A stretch of 62,388 bases of DNA, the filler included, from Choristocarpus tenellus KU-1152 (lineage: Eukaryota > Protista > Phaeophyceae): assembly GCA_964200185.2 (NCBI GenBank). It is 7 parts of 7 records of this genome, joined end to end, with 100 filler letters (N's around TTAATTAATTAA, not from the genome) between each part and the next. Parts side by side here need not be neighbours in the genome. Positions count along the whole stretch, not along the records: positions 3,747 to 19,750 come from CAXNAD020000890.1; positions 19,851 to 22,492 come from CAXNAD020026027.1; positions 22,593 to 35,673 come from CAXNAD020001592.1; 4 more parts are not named here. One strand, written 5' to 3'. Below, in pieces: positions 13,301 through 25,887 of this stretch. The position numbers and the translations under genes are program-made. The first letter of the stretch is position 1, and each line of letters starts with the position of its first letter. The notes below the pieces were generated by a model, which had not been told where the DNA came from, did no database searches, and saw nothing but the letters and a program-made list of their open reading frames with translations.

Positions 13301-15320
13301 GTATTCAAAATAGTGACACCAAAATGAAAGAACAAAATATTTACAAAAACCACGCCATTCAAGGGGAGGGCAAAAAAAAACCCTTATCCATTACCAACAC
13401 ATTACCAACAGAGTACCAACACATTACCAACAAAGTACAATAAAATCAATGTAGTCACACCTGTGAGCAAAGAGGACGGATGGAGGAAGAAGCCCAATCC
13501 CAACAGACTCCAAGAGACTGACCACAGTGGTTCCAACGCCCACCACGCCCGTTACTGAGACCAAGAAGGTACCCAACTTGCAACCTGTGTAGCTCTGGAA
13601 ATAAAAATAGGGTTGCAGTTAGAGGATTTGAAGGGTTAGGGTTAGGGTTAGGGTTGGGAAGATGTCAAAAGTGTGGAGAAACAAACATCCCTAATATAAA
13701 TATATAATATAAATCTTAACCAATCGAATACATGCATTAAATAACAATGCTGTATTGATGAAAAATACCTCGCTGTGCATTCCTCATTTATATTTTTTTC
13801 TTTTTCACTCTTCTGTTGGCCTGGAGCATACTAATCACCATACTTCCAGCAGGTTCACTAGCCAAACCTCAACTGTCAACTGCTATTGCTGCAAAAATTG
13901 TCTTCTCTCTAGAACAAATTAGAAGCAATGATCAGAAATGTGTTTTATTCACAAGTCATCAAAAATAGCAATACTTGAGACCTTGGCCGTTTCATCCCAT
14001 ATGCAACAATAATGGTTGGAACCACTCCATACTTCACTATTATTAAGTGGAGCGCAGCTGACACTCTTCAAGAATACTTTCTATAATCTATCTATAATCT
14101 TTCAAGACACACAACACAACACAACACAACACAACGCTAATGCACTCTCAATAGACATGACTAGGTCTGTCTGTCTGGGTATTCATAGTTAAGCTTTAGA
14201 TGTACATATGGGTGTAAGGATGGTGTGGTGGTACATGCCAGTCAAATCTGGTCAAGATCCAAAAGAAGGTGCACACAAACAACTGTGTTCTGAATACCAC
14301 CTCTGCTATTCACCTTGAGCACATGCTATGAACTCAGACTGTTCATTGGTTATTGTATATTTATATTTATACACCATTTCCAGGTACAACAGTTACAACT
14401 ATTCAACTCCTGCACTTCTAGTTACAATACGGTTCAACACACTTGAGGGATTACAACAATCAAAACACTTGACTCACCCCCACTATTACAGTTAATATAT
14501 TTCTTAAGCAAATATCTATCCGGTCCATTGCTCACTTCCACCATAAGGACCCCTTCTTGCCTGGTGGAGAACAAACATGCCCACCCCTGCAGCAATGAGG
14601 AACATTGAAGATAAACAGAGGTATAGAATACGCCACCATGAGCCACAAACTGAAGGCGGAGATCCCAACCGACTTTCGGATTCTTCTGACTGACAGGTTC
14701 AGGCATATAAAGGGAGAGAGAGGGTGGGGGGGGGGGGCAAGAAGACAAATCAATATAAATAATATTATTATTAATAATATAATAATAATAATAATGGTGA
14801 TGATGATAAAAGGAATAAAAAACCAGGAGCAGCAGCAAAAAATAATGACCAACACAAAAAACACTATTCACCACATACAGTACTATTTGAAAGCATAGTG
14901 CCATCTCATACACCAATTCAAGTTGAAGTGGGGGTAGTATAGGGTATGAGGACCACAAACAGCTGCACACACTCTATGTTCTCACCACATTGTACAATGT
15001 ACTACCACTACTACCAGTATGGGAAGAGAGGGGTTGAGTGAGAAGCGTGTTTTGTGTGTGGTGTAAGCAAAACTACAGACTAATTGTTGATTGGTGGAAA
15101 AGACACAGAAAAAGGGAACAAAAATCCTCACAAGAACAGGCACAGCACCCAACACACAATAAATAAATAAATAAATCCTCCAAATTAACGATCAAAGGCA
15201 ACAGAGAAGTTTTTGTTTTTTTTTCTGATGAAAAAAACATTTCAGTGTGACTCAAACAGGCCGCACCTTTCCACCAATGTAGTCGTGGAGGTCATGAGAA
15301 AAGTCCAACACCAAGAAGCC
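10372..15320 (-). CDS. SERINC: Serine incorporator (SERINC/TMS1/TDE) family membrane protein, partial. Exons 15320-15267, 14689-14561, 13594-13461, 12621-12459, 11987-11913, 11411-11296, 10507-10420. 5' exons not found; 3' end unresolved.
   Basis: Seven exons join in frame with matching phases: GFLVLDFSHDLHD...WRILYL...SYTGCKLGTF...GLLPPSVLFAHSVFLCWYSLLSYPEAQCNP...VFYSLVMLFASAFAAMAMTSW...SVWLKIVSQWTILLLQ. These match the SERINC motifs GLL.S.V..Y..YL.WSAL.S.P...CN, FH..M..AS.Y.AM.LT.W and WVKI.SQW. Confidence 0.9.
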
Positions 15321-15499
15321 CTGGTTTCAGTGAGGGTATTGGGGGAATGGTACAGAAGAGGAATGAGATGTGTCACATCAATTTCGGAACACAAGGAACT
15401 GGGATAATCATCCGCACACAACATCAAAAACAAGAGTGGAAACATACTACCAGTCCCAAGTTACCCCAGAATGTTGCTGTTCTGGGAGGCCCAGGATTC

Positions 15500-16150
15500 C
15501 CTACATGAGCCTCATCAGCTCATGCCCCTTGAACAAGCATTCAAACTTATCCCAGAAGACGTCCTAACCAGGGTAGGGCGAACAGTGCATGAGTACGTAC
15601 CGCCTTCCAGTGTTTAATCTACACACCATAGTAGTCCACCTCCAACAGACAATCATGTAATGTACAGTAAAATCACCTTTCTACAGCACACAGAGCACTT
15701 CCATCACACATGAGGTCTTCACTACACACATACACTATTACTGAGAACGGTCAGTGAGGGATGAAAATCTCATGGATCACTGGGATTTTGGTTCACGGCT
15801 ATCACTGGACATGCTGCTCCTCTTGTCTTCTGCAAGGAACATTTTTGATCCCTACCCCAATTCCCTTGGGCTTTCTTGTAACCTTCACAACATGGGGCAT
15901 CCCAGACTCCCCTACATTGCCATCCAACCCAACCCCCACCATGCTGATAGTTACCCATCAACACCTAGATCCCAGCACCAGCAGAATACAGCATGCCAAC
16001 TGCATCCACAACCCTCAATACCCCAACTGTGTTCTGTTCACACTCTCAACCAGCATCATAGCCAACAGACCGATCACCACCTCGTGTGTATCTGTAGCCT
16101 CCACCTCTACCATGACCTCTATCTGGTCCTCAGGAACATGCAAGTTAACA
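15500..16150 (-). mobile_element. Decayed piggyBac-like (DDE_Tnp_1_7) transposase
   Basis: DG*LSAWWG followed by GLDGNVGESGMPHVVKVTRKPKGIGVGIKN (cf. VDESM..W.G and G.PH..K..RKP.G.G.E.K). Downstream VVKT and LLG-ISLNA fragments are in the expected order; many stops. Confidence 0.6.
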
Positions 16151-16308
16151 AGTCAATGCCTTTCACATTTTGCTAACCCTAACCCTAACCCTAACCCTAG
16201 CCCTAACCACTTGACATCTGTTCTTAGGTCTACATTAAACCACACCAACATGTTTGCACCTCAAAGGTGGACTGCTCTTCATCTCCCCTTTCACGAAAAC
16301 AAATTGAC

Positions 16309-16374
16309 CTGAATCTTCAATATTCTGAATCTTCAATATTCTGAATCTTCAACATTCTGAATCTTCAATATTCT
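16309..16374. repeat. Tandem repeat, 16-bp unit CTGAATCTTCAATATT x4
   Basis: Four adjacent near-identical units (one T>C variant). Confidence 0.9.
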
Positions 16375-17072
16375 CATTGTCTATTGCCCCAGGTACCGAG
16401 ACAATTTCTCCGGCGCCATACTCCTTGCTGTTGCCCTCTCCATCATCCCTATCCTCGATGGAAACTTCGTCTCCTTCAAAAATCTACCTCCAGGTCATCA
16501 TCCCTAACCCTGGCTTGAACTCTCCTTCGCAAATGAACTCTCTGAATCTTCAACTGTCACATCAGATAACATCTCCTTGTGGAGCCTCCAGAAAGATGTG
16601 ACATCGAGATTGATGATGACTGTTGCTCCACAAGCATGTGGTATCAAGATCAGTGCCAGTTGTGCCAGTTGAAGGTTCACATAATTCAGTCGAGGAGAAT
16701 TCAGACCAGGACGGGGATGACATGGTCACCCTGTCTGCATTTATACAGTGATGCAGCGATACGTTCCACTTTGTTTGGATGATGAAGTTTGTTCCTTAGT
16801 TTGGAGGTCTAACCACTAAGCATGGAGGATCCTGAATGGTTGGTAAGTCCATGTATTAATAATATAAATAAAACTCCAGCCCAAAATATACCAAAGATGT
16901 TCAAAATGCTAGACAACAATAACCTAGGATGTAGGACCAGGGAGTCCGTGGTCCCATTCCAAGATTGTTGGCAATTCTTTTGTCCAGGAAGCCCTTCAGC
17001 CTTCTTATGAAGAGCAAAGGACACGCCTCACGGTATTGGCTTGGTTCGAAGGTGGTTTGAAGGTTGTTTCCA

Positions 17073-17308
17073 TAGGTTTGAAAGTTGGACATAATTAGCA
17101 CCTATGGAGGAAAGTCACGATGGCATCTACCTTGGTTTGAAGGTTGGACACAATCAGCACCTATAGAGGAAATTCACAATGGCATCTACCTTGGTTTGAA
17201 GGTTGGACACAATCAGCACCTATAGAGGAAATTCACAATGGCATCTACCTTGGTTTGAAGGTTGGACATAATCAGCACCTATAGAGGACATTCACAATGG
17301 CATCTACC
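17073..17308. repeat. Minisatellite, 59-bp unit x4
   Basis: Unit TTGGTTTGAAGGTTGGACACAATCAGCACCTATAGAGGAAATTCACAATGGCATCTACC; the two middle copies are identical and the outer copies diverged. Confidence 0.92.
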
Positions 17309-17410
17309 AATCTGTCGCGAGTCACAGATAGGGATGATTTCCGGAGCAATCTCAAGTTCCATGTTCCACGAGAAGGGGGCTCCAGGAAACCTGCAGAGCT
17401 CACTTGAATG

Positions 17411-17506
17411 CCTCAAGTACCTCAAGTACCTCAAGTACCTCAAGTACCTCAAGTACCTCAAGTACCTCAAGTACCTCAAGTACCTCAAGTACCTCAAGTA
17501 CCTCAA
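17411..17506. repeat. Microsatellite (CCTCAAGTA)10 plus partial unit
   Basis: Perfect 9-bp tandem array; source of the LKY/RYL ORFs. Confidence 0.95.
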
Positions 17507-17949
17507 CTCAGCTCCGTTCATTACAGGGTGTTACTACTTTGTCTCATTACATCCTCCTGTAGGTAATACCAACTCCCCTGTCGTGGTAAGCCTTGTGCCA
17601 AGTCCATGTACAACAGCAGCGTGAGCTGAGTTCCCTACAAGCCACTGACATCCTGGGCATGGGGCAGTTAGAGATTGACCAGCCACTGGTCCTGGTGTAG
17701 ATGTGGGTTGGGCAGGCCTCAACCATAGAGCATGTTACAATGTATATATATATATATATATTGAACTCACAAAAGGTGGCAGAAAGTCGTTGCTCAACTT
17801 TTACCAAAGCCTCCAAACCAGTTCCAATCAAATACAGTCTAGCATCACAGATACACCAATGAAAATGCTACTTGTTGTTTTCCCCCCTCCAAGTTGGTAT
17901 GATCTTCTTCCTGCAACCTATGAACTGGGCCACATTTTGGTTGATAAGA

Positions 17950-18400
17950 CTGGGCCAATATGTAACAGTGTTACCTGTTCTGATGACAAAATTGTTGATC
18001 ATACTTCACACAATATCAGCCACAAGAAAACTGGGGAGTGTTGTTAAGGGAAAGGTTCAGTGAGTATACACTAAATCGACTAAAATATGTTCTACTTGAG
18101 ATACACAGCTGCAATCAGAACACACAAGCAGGGTACACAGTCTGCACACGTTTGAGTAAACAGACAATCAAGTTGAGCATTGATTTTGTCAATCCTGAAT
18201 GTCTTTGCTTCATTCAATCAATTGGTAAGATCCACAGCGCTACGGCAATTGATCGTAGTTTACACCACATGAAAATACAAAAACACTTCCATCATATTGA
18301 AATACTTCATAATCAAGTACTATATGAGTGTACCATGGAATCAAGATTAATCTTGTAAAAACAGAATAATAAATTCTTAGTACCCAATCACAACTGGATA
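17950..18400 (+). mobile_element. Possible Ty1/Copia RNase H remnant
   Basis: CSDDKIVDHTSHNISHKKTG resembles YSDAD.A.....RRS.TG, and QKHFHHIEILHNQVLYECTMESRLIL resembles KHIDIR.HFIRE.V....I.L; heavily degraded. Confidence 0.3.
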
Positions 18401-19750
18401 GTGGATACATCACTTCTCTTCCCTACAAATTTAGCAATAATAATAAGAATATTACAAAACCTCGGTTCTCAATAATAATAAGAATAAATTATTTTCACAG
18501 GTTTTTTTTTTCACCAAATAGTACTGCTTGTACGTAGTATCAAACTCAATGATAGTATTTTCATAGACATTAAAAACATACATATTTGCTGAAGAATGAC
18601 CCTATTACAAATGCACCAAATAAAGTAGGGAAAATGGAATATTTCCTGCAATTTCTGGAGTTTGAAAAAATCGATGTTTGGATACATAGGAAGGGGCAAT
18701 GGGGAGAGCATGGAGTTGGTGTGAGGTCCTAACTCCACAAGGAACCCTAAATACAGATCACTCAAGGGTCGATTTGGAGTAAACATAAAACCTCAAAGTA
18801 TGCTGGAGGCCTTCAAAACAATGAAAAATCTGATTGAGGTGGGTTTATCCCATTGAATGTATGTATGGAATAAAAGCTCATGTCCTAACCCGTTGATAAG
18901 GCTATTTTAGCGCCCACAGCCTACAACACAGCATGCAAGAGGGTGTACAATCTGGACAAGGAGGTTTCTGATTTATAGTTTTTTTTTAGTTTTCATATTT
19001 CACAATTGTTCCACCTATTCATAGTTGAAACCCATGCCTTTGGAATGCCAATATAAACAATAGCCACACGATACTGCTTTAATGGCCCCAACCGTTGTAG
19101 TTGGCAGTATAGAACAGTTTGAATTCAAAATATTTCTCAGAGTACTCCGGGAATTGCTGGGTCATCTCTTCGTTACCCTCAGGTTAAAGAATAAAAAATG
19201 TCAGCATCGGGAGAACAGTATGACTAGCTAACTACCTTGAAAGATGCCAATCAAAGTATCAAGTATTGAATATATACCATCAGTGGTATGTATATATACT
19301 TTTTGAAGGTATACCATACAATGCCACCCGTCTATCCCTCCAATATCTGATTGACTGGAATATCTAATTTGACCTCAAAATCATTGACCTGATGATTTTT
19401 TGACTGTAGTTGGTAGTATCAATATACTGCAGGCTTGTAGTCATCAGCCTGGACCATGTCATTGCCACCATCTCACATTGTCATTTCCACCCCTTACTCT
19501 AGGGGTTTCAGGATAACGCCCAGAACCTTTGATAAGAGTTTACCCCAACTTTTGTCTTTACCCAAGTCACCCATGACACAAAACCACATTTCCTAATGAA
19601 TGCTGTGCAAATAGATGTAGAGTTCCATCTCATCGAGGTATGACTTAATGAGCTTGCGCCTCCTCTCAGAGTCCACTCAAAAAACCTCCCCCCCCCCCCC
19701 CCCCCCCCCCCCCCCGCCCCCCCCCCCCCCCCCCCCCCGCCCCCCCCTTT

Positions 19751-19850
19751 NNNNNNNNNNNNNNNNNNNNNNNNNNNNNNNNNNNNNNNNNNNNTTAATT
19801 AATTAANNNNNNNNNNNNNNNNNNNNNNNNNNNNNNNNNNNNNNNNNNNN
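19751..19850. other. Artificial contig spacer
   Basis: N44-TTAATTAATTAA-N44, preceded by a long poly-C tract. Confidence 0.97.
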
Positions 19851-22492
19851 GTGCTTCTTCCGATCTCAATTCCGTCACCTCGTAGGTCATCAAAATTTCC
19901 TGCTCCTCGTCCTGCGGCACATCGATCACAAACTTCGAGTTGGTCTTGCCTTTCCTACTCCCTTCGACTCTTTTCGATTCCACCTTCCAGAAACCCACCT
20001 CCCCGCTAGGGAACTTGACCATGCGATTCGGGCGAACCTTCACTGGTCCTTCTCCGCTTAGAGCCTGTCAGTGGTAAGCGAACAAAGGATGGTATAGCGG
20101 ACGTCCAGGTTTTCCTCTTACTTTTGGGCAATACATATTGCGTATGCAAAGACCAATTCTAGGAGTGAGCATAGTCGCTATGACTGTATTTATATATTCA
20201 TCATAGTGCAAGGAGAGTCCTACCGAACGATATACCGTAGAAATTTGTACTCCCTCTGCGAAAAATTTTCGTAGGTCCTTTGTGTGTGTGTCATCCATTA
20301 TCAGTGGACATTCATCAGAAGTAGTCATAAAGCTCGACATCCAACTTGCAGAGAGCCTCGAAGATTGGGTCTCATCATGGTACAAAGGAGACGGTCGCCC
20401 CTCTCCATCCTGTGGTGTGCTCTTGAGTAGGTCTAATTGCAATGACAGTTTACCTGATCCCGTTTGTATAGAAAAGAGCGACTGAAGATCCAGTCGTCCT
20501 TGACAAATAGCGCTTCCTGTATGAATATTTCCATGCAGGGTCAGAGTAGTTTTTGGAGTCCTGCTTCAGATTAGTGAGGTGTTTTTCATGTGGTAGGAAC
20601 AGATATAGCAACCCCTCTATGGAAGGCGGACTAGTGGTGCAGATATCCGCTGGAACGACAGTCTTCAACTTGCTTCGAAAGCGGAAACCTCAATCCTTCA
20701 CGACCCTACAGGATCCTGAGGTGATAAGAGGCGAAAGCGAACATGAGGTTGGAAAACATACCGGCACACCAGACACCGTTGTAGGCGCCCTCCCCCTCGC
20801 AGATACGGTTCTCACAAGCAGAGCACACACAGCGCAGACCAGCACCACAGGCCTCATCTTTCTATAATGCCTATTTTGTTGATAAGGTGAGGAAGGTGTG
20901 AACCTTCAACATAAATGGACATCCACCTTCCTATGCAAACACCACACTTCACAATATGTCAATAAAAGGTATACCCTATGTTTCAAATTGAATCCATGTT
21001 TTATGAAGTTTGTGTCATCCTTCATTCTACATAGTATCATACCTTGACCTTGCCACTGATCTACCAGGACTATGTTTGGAAGACGAAGGTCTCGCTCAGG
21101 ATCGGGATTTGGAATGGAATCGGAAGAAGAGGAACGTGCAGATATATATAGGGACCTTGTGTCAACATGGGAACACGTTAAAGTCTCTAATGCCCAGGTT
21201 GGGTCCCACCTGATTATCACACCGCCTTTTCCCACATAATGTTGTACAGATCTACGAGTGGATAGCGTCACAACATCAGACTCCTCAAATAACTATAGGT
21301 TGTGTAGCGTCGGAACAGACTATATTTCGTCAATGTATGATGACTATGAAAGTCTGCTTTATGGTGTACGTTTTCTGGTTGAAGATGACTCGGTCAGAAT
21401 TTGATATCCTCTTCAACTTTCGCCAGGGAAGGAATATCTATTTCAGAGTGCAAGTCCATGTGCTTCAAGCGTTGACCTTGTCTGATATTTTTTTGTAGTT
21501 GCTCATGATTGTACTCCCCGTGAGAGTGGAGACAGTTGCTGCAAGACAGGCACCGTCCCTTTTCTTGCTCGTGGTCAGCACAAGAATTTGTTCAAGTATA
21601 GAATTGCCCTACAAAGCTGAGGGAAAAGAGAGCCCCAACCCCACCCTTCGAAACGACATTGCACCACCGAATTTATTATCACCATAGCAAAAAAATTCCA
21701 ACCTTCCCATACTCAGGCGTGGCACTCGTCGGACTCAGCACCCAAGAGTATATCAGAGCCCAACTTTGCAAGCAATAGGGTTAGCAATGTACAAGGTGAG
21801 CTTAGGTGTGAGAGAGTGTAGCCGAGTGGGACATAGCTAACACCATGTTCTCCGGTTCTTACACTAAGATGATCCCGCATTTGCTGCCCACATATCAACA
21901 TTTTTTACCATCTACGAAACCGTGTCACGGTTATAATTTCTCTTCCTTGTCAACCAATGCCTTCTCACTTCCACTGGTTGAGCTACTGGCAGGAGGGGAC
22001 CCTTAGTGGCTCACTTGCCTCGCTCTTCCTCCAGCTGATGCTTCTGGTCACTCAGCCCATCCTCGTTTGTCTTCAAGGAATGATAGATTCCTCGCGGTCA
22101 CGTCCAGCAAACCACAACCTCCTTTGCCCTACTTTTCAATGCAATCGCCTCCTAAATTTCCTTTCGGTCTCAGCTTTCCGAATTGAATGTAATTTACTGG
22201 TGTTTTTGGAGTTATACGCTTCTACGACCTAATATATCTCGATCAACCTCTGCCAATACTCTCAAATACGATGCATGCCTCTCCATAAATATATCGCTTG
22301 ATTGAAATCAAAAAGGACATGGGAAAGCCACTTGTCATCCAAGCTCCGAGACAAACTTGTTCCGCCTAGCGGATTCTGTGGCGTACAAGACATTTGGGGT
22401 GGTATCCAACGTATCGCAGTTGCCGGAAGATGAGGGTTGTACACAGGGCAGCAGCAGCAACGGGGAGGGGAGAGGGGGGAGTGAGAGCAGTG

Positions 22493-22592
22493 NNNNNNNN
22501 NNNNNNNNNNNNNNNNNNNNNNNNNNNNNNNNNNNNTTAATTAATTAANNNNNNNNNNNNNNNNNNNNNNNNNNNNNNNNNNNNNNNNNNNN
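22493..22592. other. Artificial contig spacer
   Basis: N44-TTAATTAATTAA-N44. Confidence 0.97.
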
Positions 22593-22668
22593 AAATTACA
22601 TCAAAATCGCAACATTGGATTTTGGACCCCAAATGGACGTGACTCTACCCTCTAAGATACTTTGTCTC
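22593..22668. mobile_element. MITE family B, partial copy at contig start
   Basis: CAAAATCGCAACATTGGATTTTGG...CCAAATGGAC...TACCCTCTAAGATACTTTGTCTC matches the end of the 38400 copy. Confidence 0.82.
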
Positions 22669-23589
22669 TCACCAATCCTTACAGTAAATGACTCAGAATA
22701 CCAAATGACTCAATAGTTCTGTAGTACATGTCAGAAACACGCCGACTCTAACATTCCGCCGATTACTTCTGGTCAAAAACCCCGCCTAAATATACTGTCC
22801 CGCATCATCATCTGTGTGTACATATATTATTTCAAATCTTGTTCTCACAAATGGTCAAGCATAATCTTGACGGTTTTCGTTAGTTTTCCCCTACCACATC
22901 TCCAAGATGTCAGAGGGGATAATAAAAAATATATATATGTAAGGGTGGAGGAATAGGTTTGAGACATAGGAAAGTGGTAGTACAACTTAGATATGTAGTA
23001 GCAAAATAGGAAATAGATTAATGTTTTTCACTTTTGTGACAACTGTTACTTCTGTGAGGATTTTTCAGACATGTCAATAATTTTCATTAGTTTTTCGCCT
23101 GGCACATCTGCAAAATGTGAGAGGGCATAACAACAAAAATATATAGATTCTAAACGTCGTATTCTCATTAGTTTTTCCCCTACAGTGTTGGAAACCGCCT
23201 CCTACATCAACTTTGTCGTGCCTTTACTTTTTTTGATCAATAAGGATTTTTTTCATGAATATTCTTTTGTTGTAATCGCATAGTCATCATGCCTAACCTT
23301 ATTTGATGGGTCTCGGTTGGTCAACTTGCGGTAATCGTGAGAAATACAGGACCATACTTAAATCAAGTAGTCGGTACGCGCGGTTCGCGCTGGGGTGCCA
23401 CGCGGCACGTGCGAACCGCGCATGAAAGGACGATTTTGACGCCAGAATAGACCATCTTCACCCGGAGAACATGCGTGTTGTTGTCTCTCCATTCTCTTTC
23501 CATCATTTTCCGTTTTTGCGATGTTATCACCTGCTGACTAAGGCTCACTCATGGGGGCCCAGCCCTCTGAACCAGGCCATCCAGGCCAA

Positions 23590-24090
23590 GTCAAATGAGG
23601 TATTCTGAAGGTGCAGGTCTCCTGTGAGACTTAAATGTCCTGCACACCCTGTCCAATTTGGTGCACTCCATGCCTTCTCGTTGGAATATACGAGGTGGTA
23701 AGCAATACTCAACCTGAAGAACCTTTCCACAGTTACTCTGACAGCCCCCTTCCTCCTTAAGACTGACATGAATGTTGGCTCTCATTCAAGGCAACGTGTA
23801 GTCACAATGACCTCGTACATAGTACTTCGCCCGCCCCCAGACACCATCTCTATTGGGATCAATTCACAGTGGTACTTTGGAAGCATCAAGTAGTGTCCTC
23901 CAAGACGCTCAACCATAATCTTAAGGCTCGGTTCTACCACCTTGAAATCCGGCTGCTCCCCAAGAACGTACGCCATGCTCATCCTCTTATTCTTGTCCTT
24001 GCCCTCGTCCTTGGTCACCCTGGGATAAACAAACCTCTCTCTTGCAAACTCTGTCTCATCCCCTTTGACAGGCGACAATTCGGAGCTCAT
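23590..24090 (-). mobile_element. Decayed IS630/Tc1/mariner-type transposase, C-terminal part of DDE domain
   Basis: VLGEQPDFK...LGGHYLMLPKYHCELIPIEMV, then across frameshifts AKYYVRGHCDYTL, VERFFRLSIAY and FKSHRR. Matches the QPDF...GH....LPK(F/Y)HCELNPIE..W...K.Y.R..C.Y...K.SHR pattern. Confidence 0.8.
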
Positions 24091-24205
24091 TTGGCGCCAC
24101 AGTATCCTGTGAGTGGCTTAAGTAGTATAAAGCCGAGACCCGCCTTTTATCTCGTTAGGCAACCTTCTCAAAAAAAAAAATCAAGATCAGTCTGATCCTA
24201 GAGAC

Positions 24206-24463
24206 GAGTCCAAGTATCTTAGAGGGTAGAGCCGCGTCCATTTGGGGCCAAAACCTAATGTTGCAATTTTGATGTAATATTGGCCATCTTGTTTGTTAGG
24301 AAGTGTCAATATCCACGTTCTGGACACTCCTTTTCGTACCGCATACATTTTACCTACTCTGAAACATTTTGGAGTAGGTAGATTGTCATTTAAAACCCAT
24401 GAGAAGCCAAGCCCCAAATGGACAAACAGGGCAAAAATCGTACCCTCTGAGATAGTTTCACTC
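24206..24463. mobile_element. MITE family B (~258 bp), full copy
   Basis: GAGTCCAAGTATCTTAGAGGGTA...TACCCTCTGAGATAGTTTCACTC; internal inverted pairs GTCCATTTGGGGC/GCCCCAAATGGAC and TACCTACTC/GAGTAGGTA. Confidence 0.88.
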
Positions 24464-25631
24464 CTTCCTGTGTCCATGGAACTAAACTGGAGGGGAACAT
24501 TGAGTCATTGGGGAGTTGAGCGTTTGTGGAGTGGGTGCACACACGCAAAAGAGCATGAGAGACGGGAGACTCTTTGTACGTAAACAATCAGGCAGTGGTT
24601 TTGTTGCAGTTTTGAGGGAGTATGGAAGTCATCACGTAAGAAACAGATCATAATGCTGGCGCCATTCAATATGATAGTGTGCTTACCTCCTTGTCCAACT
24701 GAACCACTTCGCACCATCTGTCCTCTTACTCAAAGCTATCAAAGCATTGGGTATCTTGAAGTGGCAATGATAATCTTGTAGCAAACAAAATCATCCTTCA
24801 TGTGATCATCATTAAGGATGGCAAGGATGCTTTTGAGACCACTAGCGTTGAGGTCCTGGCACCTTGTCCAATAGAAATAAGTTCCTATCTATACTGACCA
24901 GGTAGTGACCAGAATCTAGGCCGATCCTGCCAAAGTCTAGAACCCAACATAGCGTTAGGATCTGCCCTTACCTACCGATGTTCTTAGCAATCTGGCACTG
25001 TTTGTCTGTCTGTTTGCACTCATTGTTCCCGGCGCGATGAGGTCCCTCGGGACATACCAGAAAATGGTGTGTAGGGAGTTGTATCGACAGAAAGTACTTT
25101 TGCAACCTACTTCGTGACACTCAAAATGGACAACCGTGAGGGTAAGGACTTTACCTCATCAGACCTTCCACCCGTGGCAAGTGCTGGTGGTGGGAGCTAC
25201 GGGGCCCAAGAAACCGAGGCAGGAGTATGGCCTCTGTTCTGTTCGTGTGTGTACCTCAGACTAATATATGGCGAAGAAACATTTTCTTTCTCTCCTTGGC
25301 GTCCCTTGCAGCAATATCCTCTTATGTACTTGATGCCTTTTCGGTTTGTCAATAGAGTTGCACCTTGTCTCGATAAATACACACACTCAGACTTGTTGCG
25401 ACAAATCTGTGGGGTGATAATCCTGTTGTGTTGTACTCCTGTATCTCGCTTACGACAACCATAGTGGTCTACTGCCGACTTTCTATGTCCAGTTTAGGGT
25501 ACTGCAGAGCACGACGATGTGATATGTGGGTGCTCGGCCAATGGGGCGCTCCGCCAATGGGGCACTGGAAGGAAAGCTCCACTGTTTAGTAGCCATTGTT
25601 CTCTAGCAGCCCCAGGAGGAAAGAGACATTG

Positions 25632-25887
25632 GAGTCAAAGTTATCTTAGAGGGTAGAGCTGTGTCCGTTTGGGATCCAAAATCCAATTTTGCGATTTTGA
25701 TGTAATTTTGGTCTTTGTGTTTGTTACGAAATGTTAAATATCCTTGTTCCAGACAAACCTTTTCATAGCGTAAATATTTTACCTACTCCGAAACGTTTCA
25801 AAGTAGGAAAAATGTAATAAAAAACTCCTGAGAAGTCAAGCCCCAAATGGACAAGCAAAAACTGTACCCCCTAAGATACTTTCACTC
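25632..25887. mobile_element. MITE family B, full copy
   Basis: GAGTCAAAGTTATCTTAGAGGGTA...TACCCCCTAAGATACTTTCACTC; flanks ATTG/AGTG (possible 4-bp TSD with one mismatch). Confidence 0.88.

Noticed and set aside
17073-17308. CRISPR-like array
   Set aside because: Units are contiguous and near-identical with no unique spacers; no cas genes; eukaryotic context.
17262-17624. ORFs with LKY/RYL repeats
   Set aside because: Translation of the 9-bp microsatellite.
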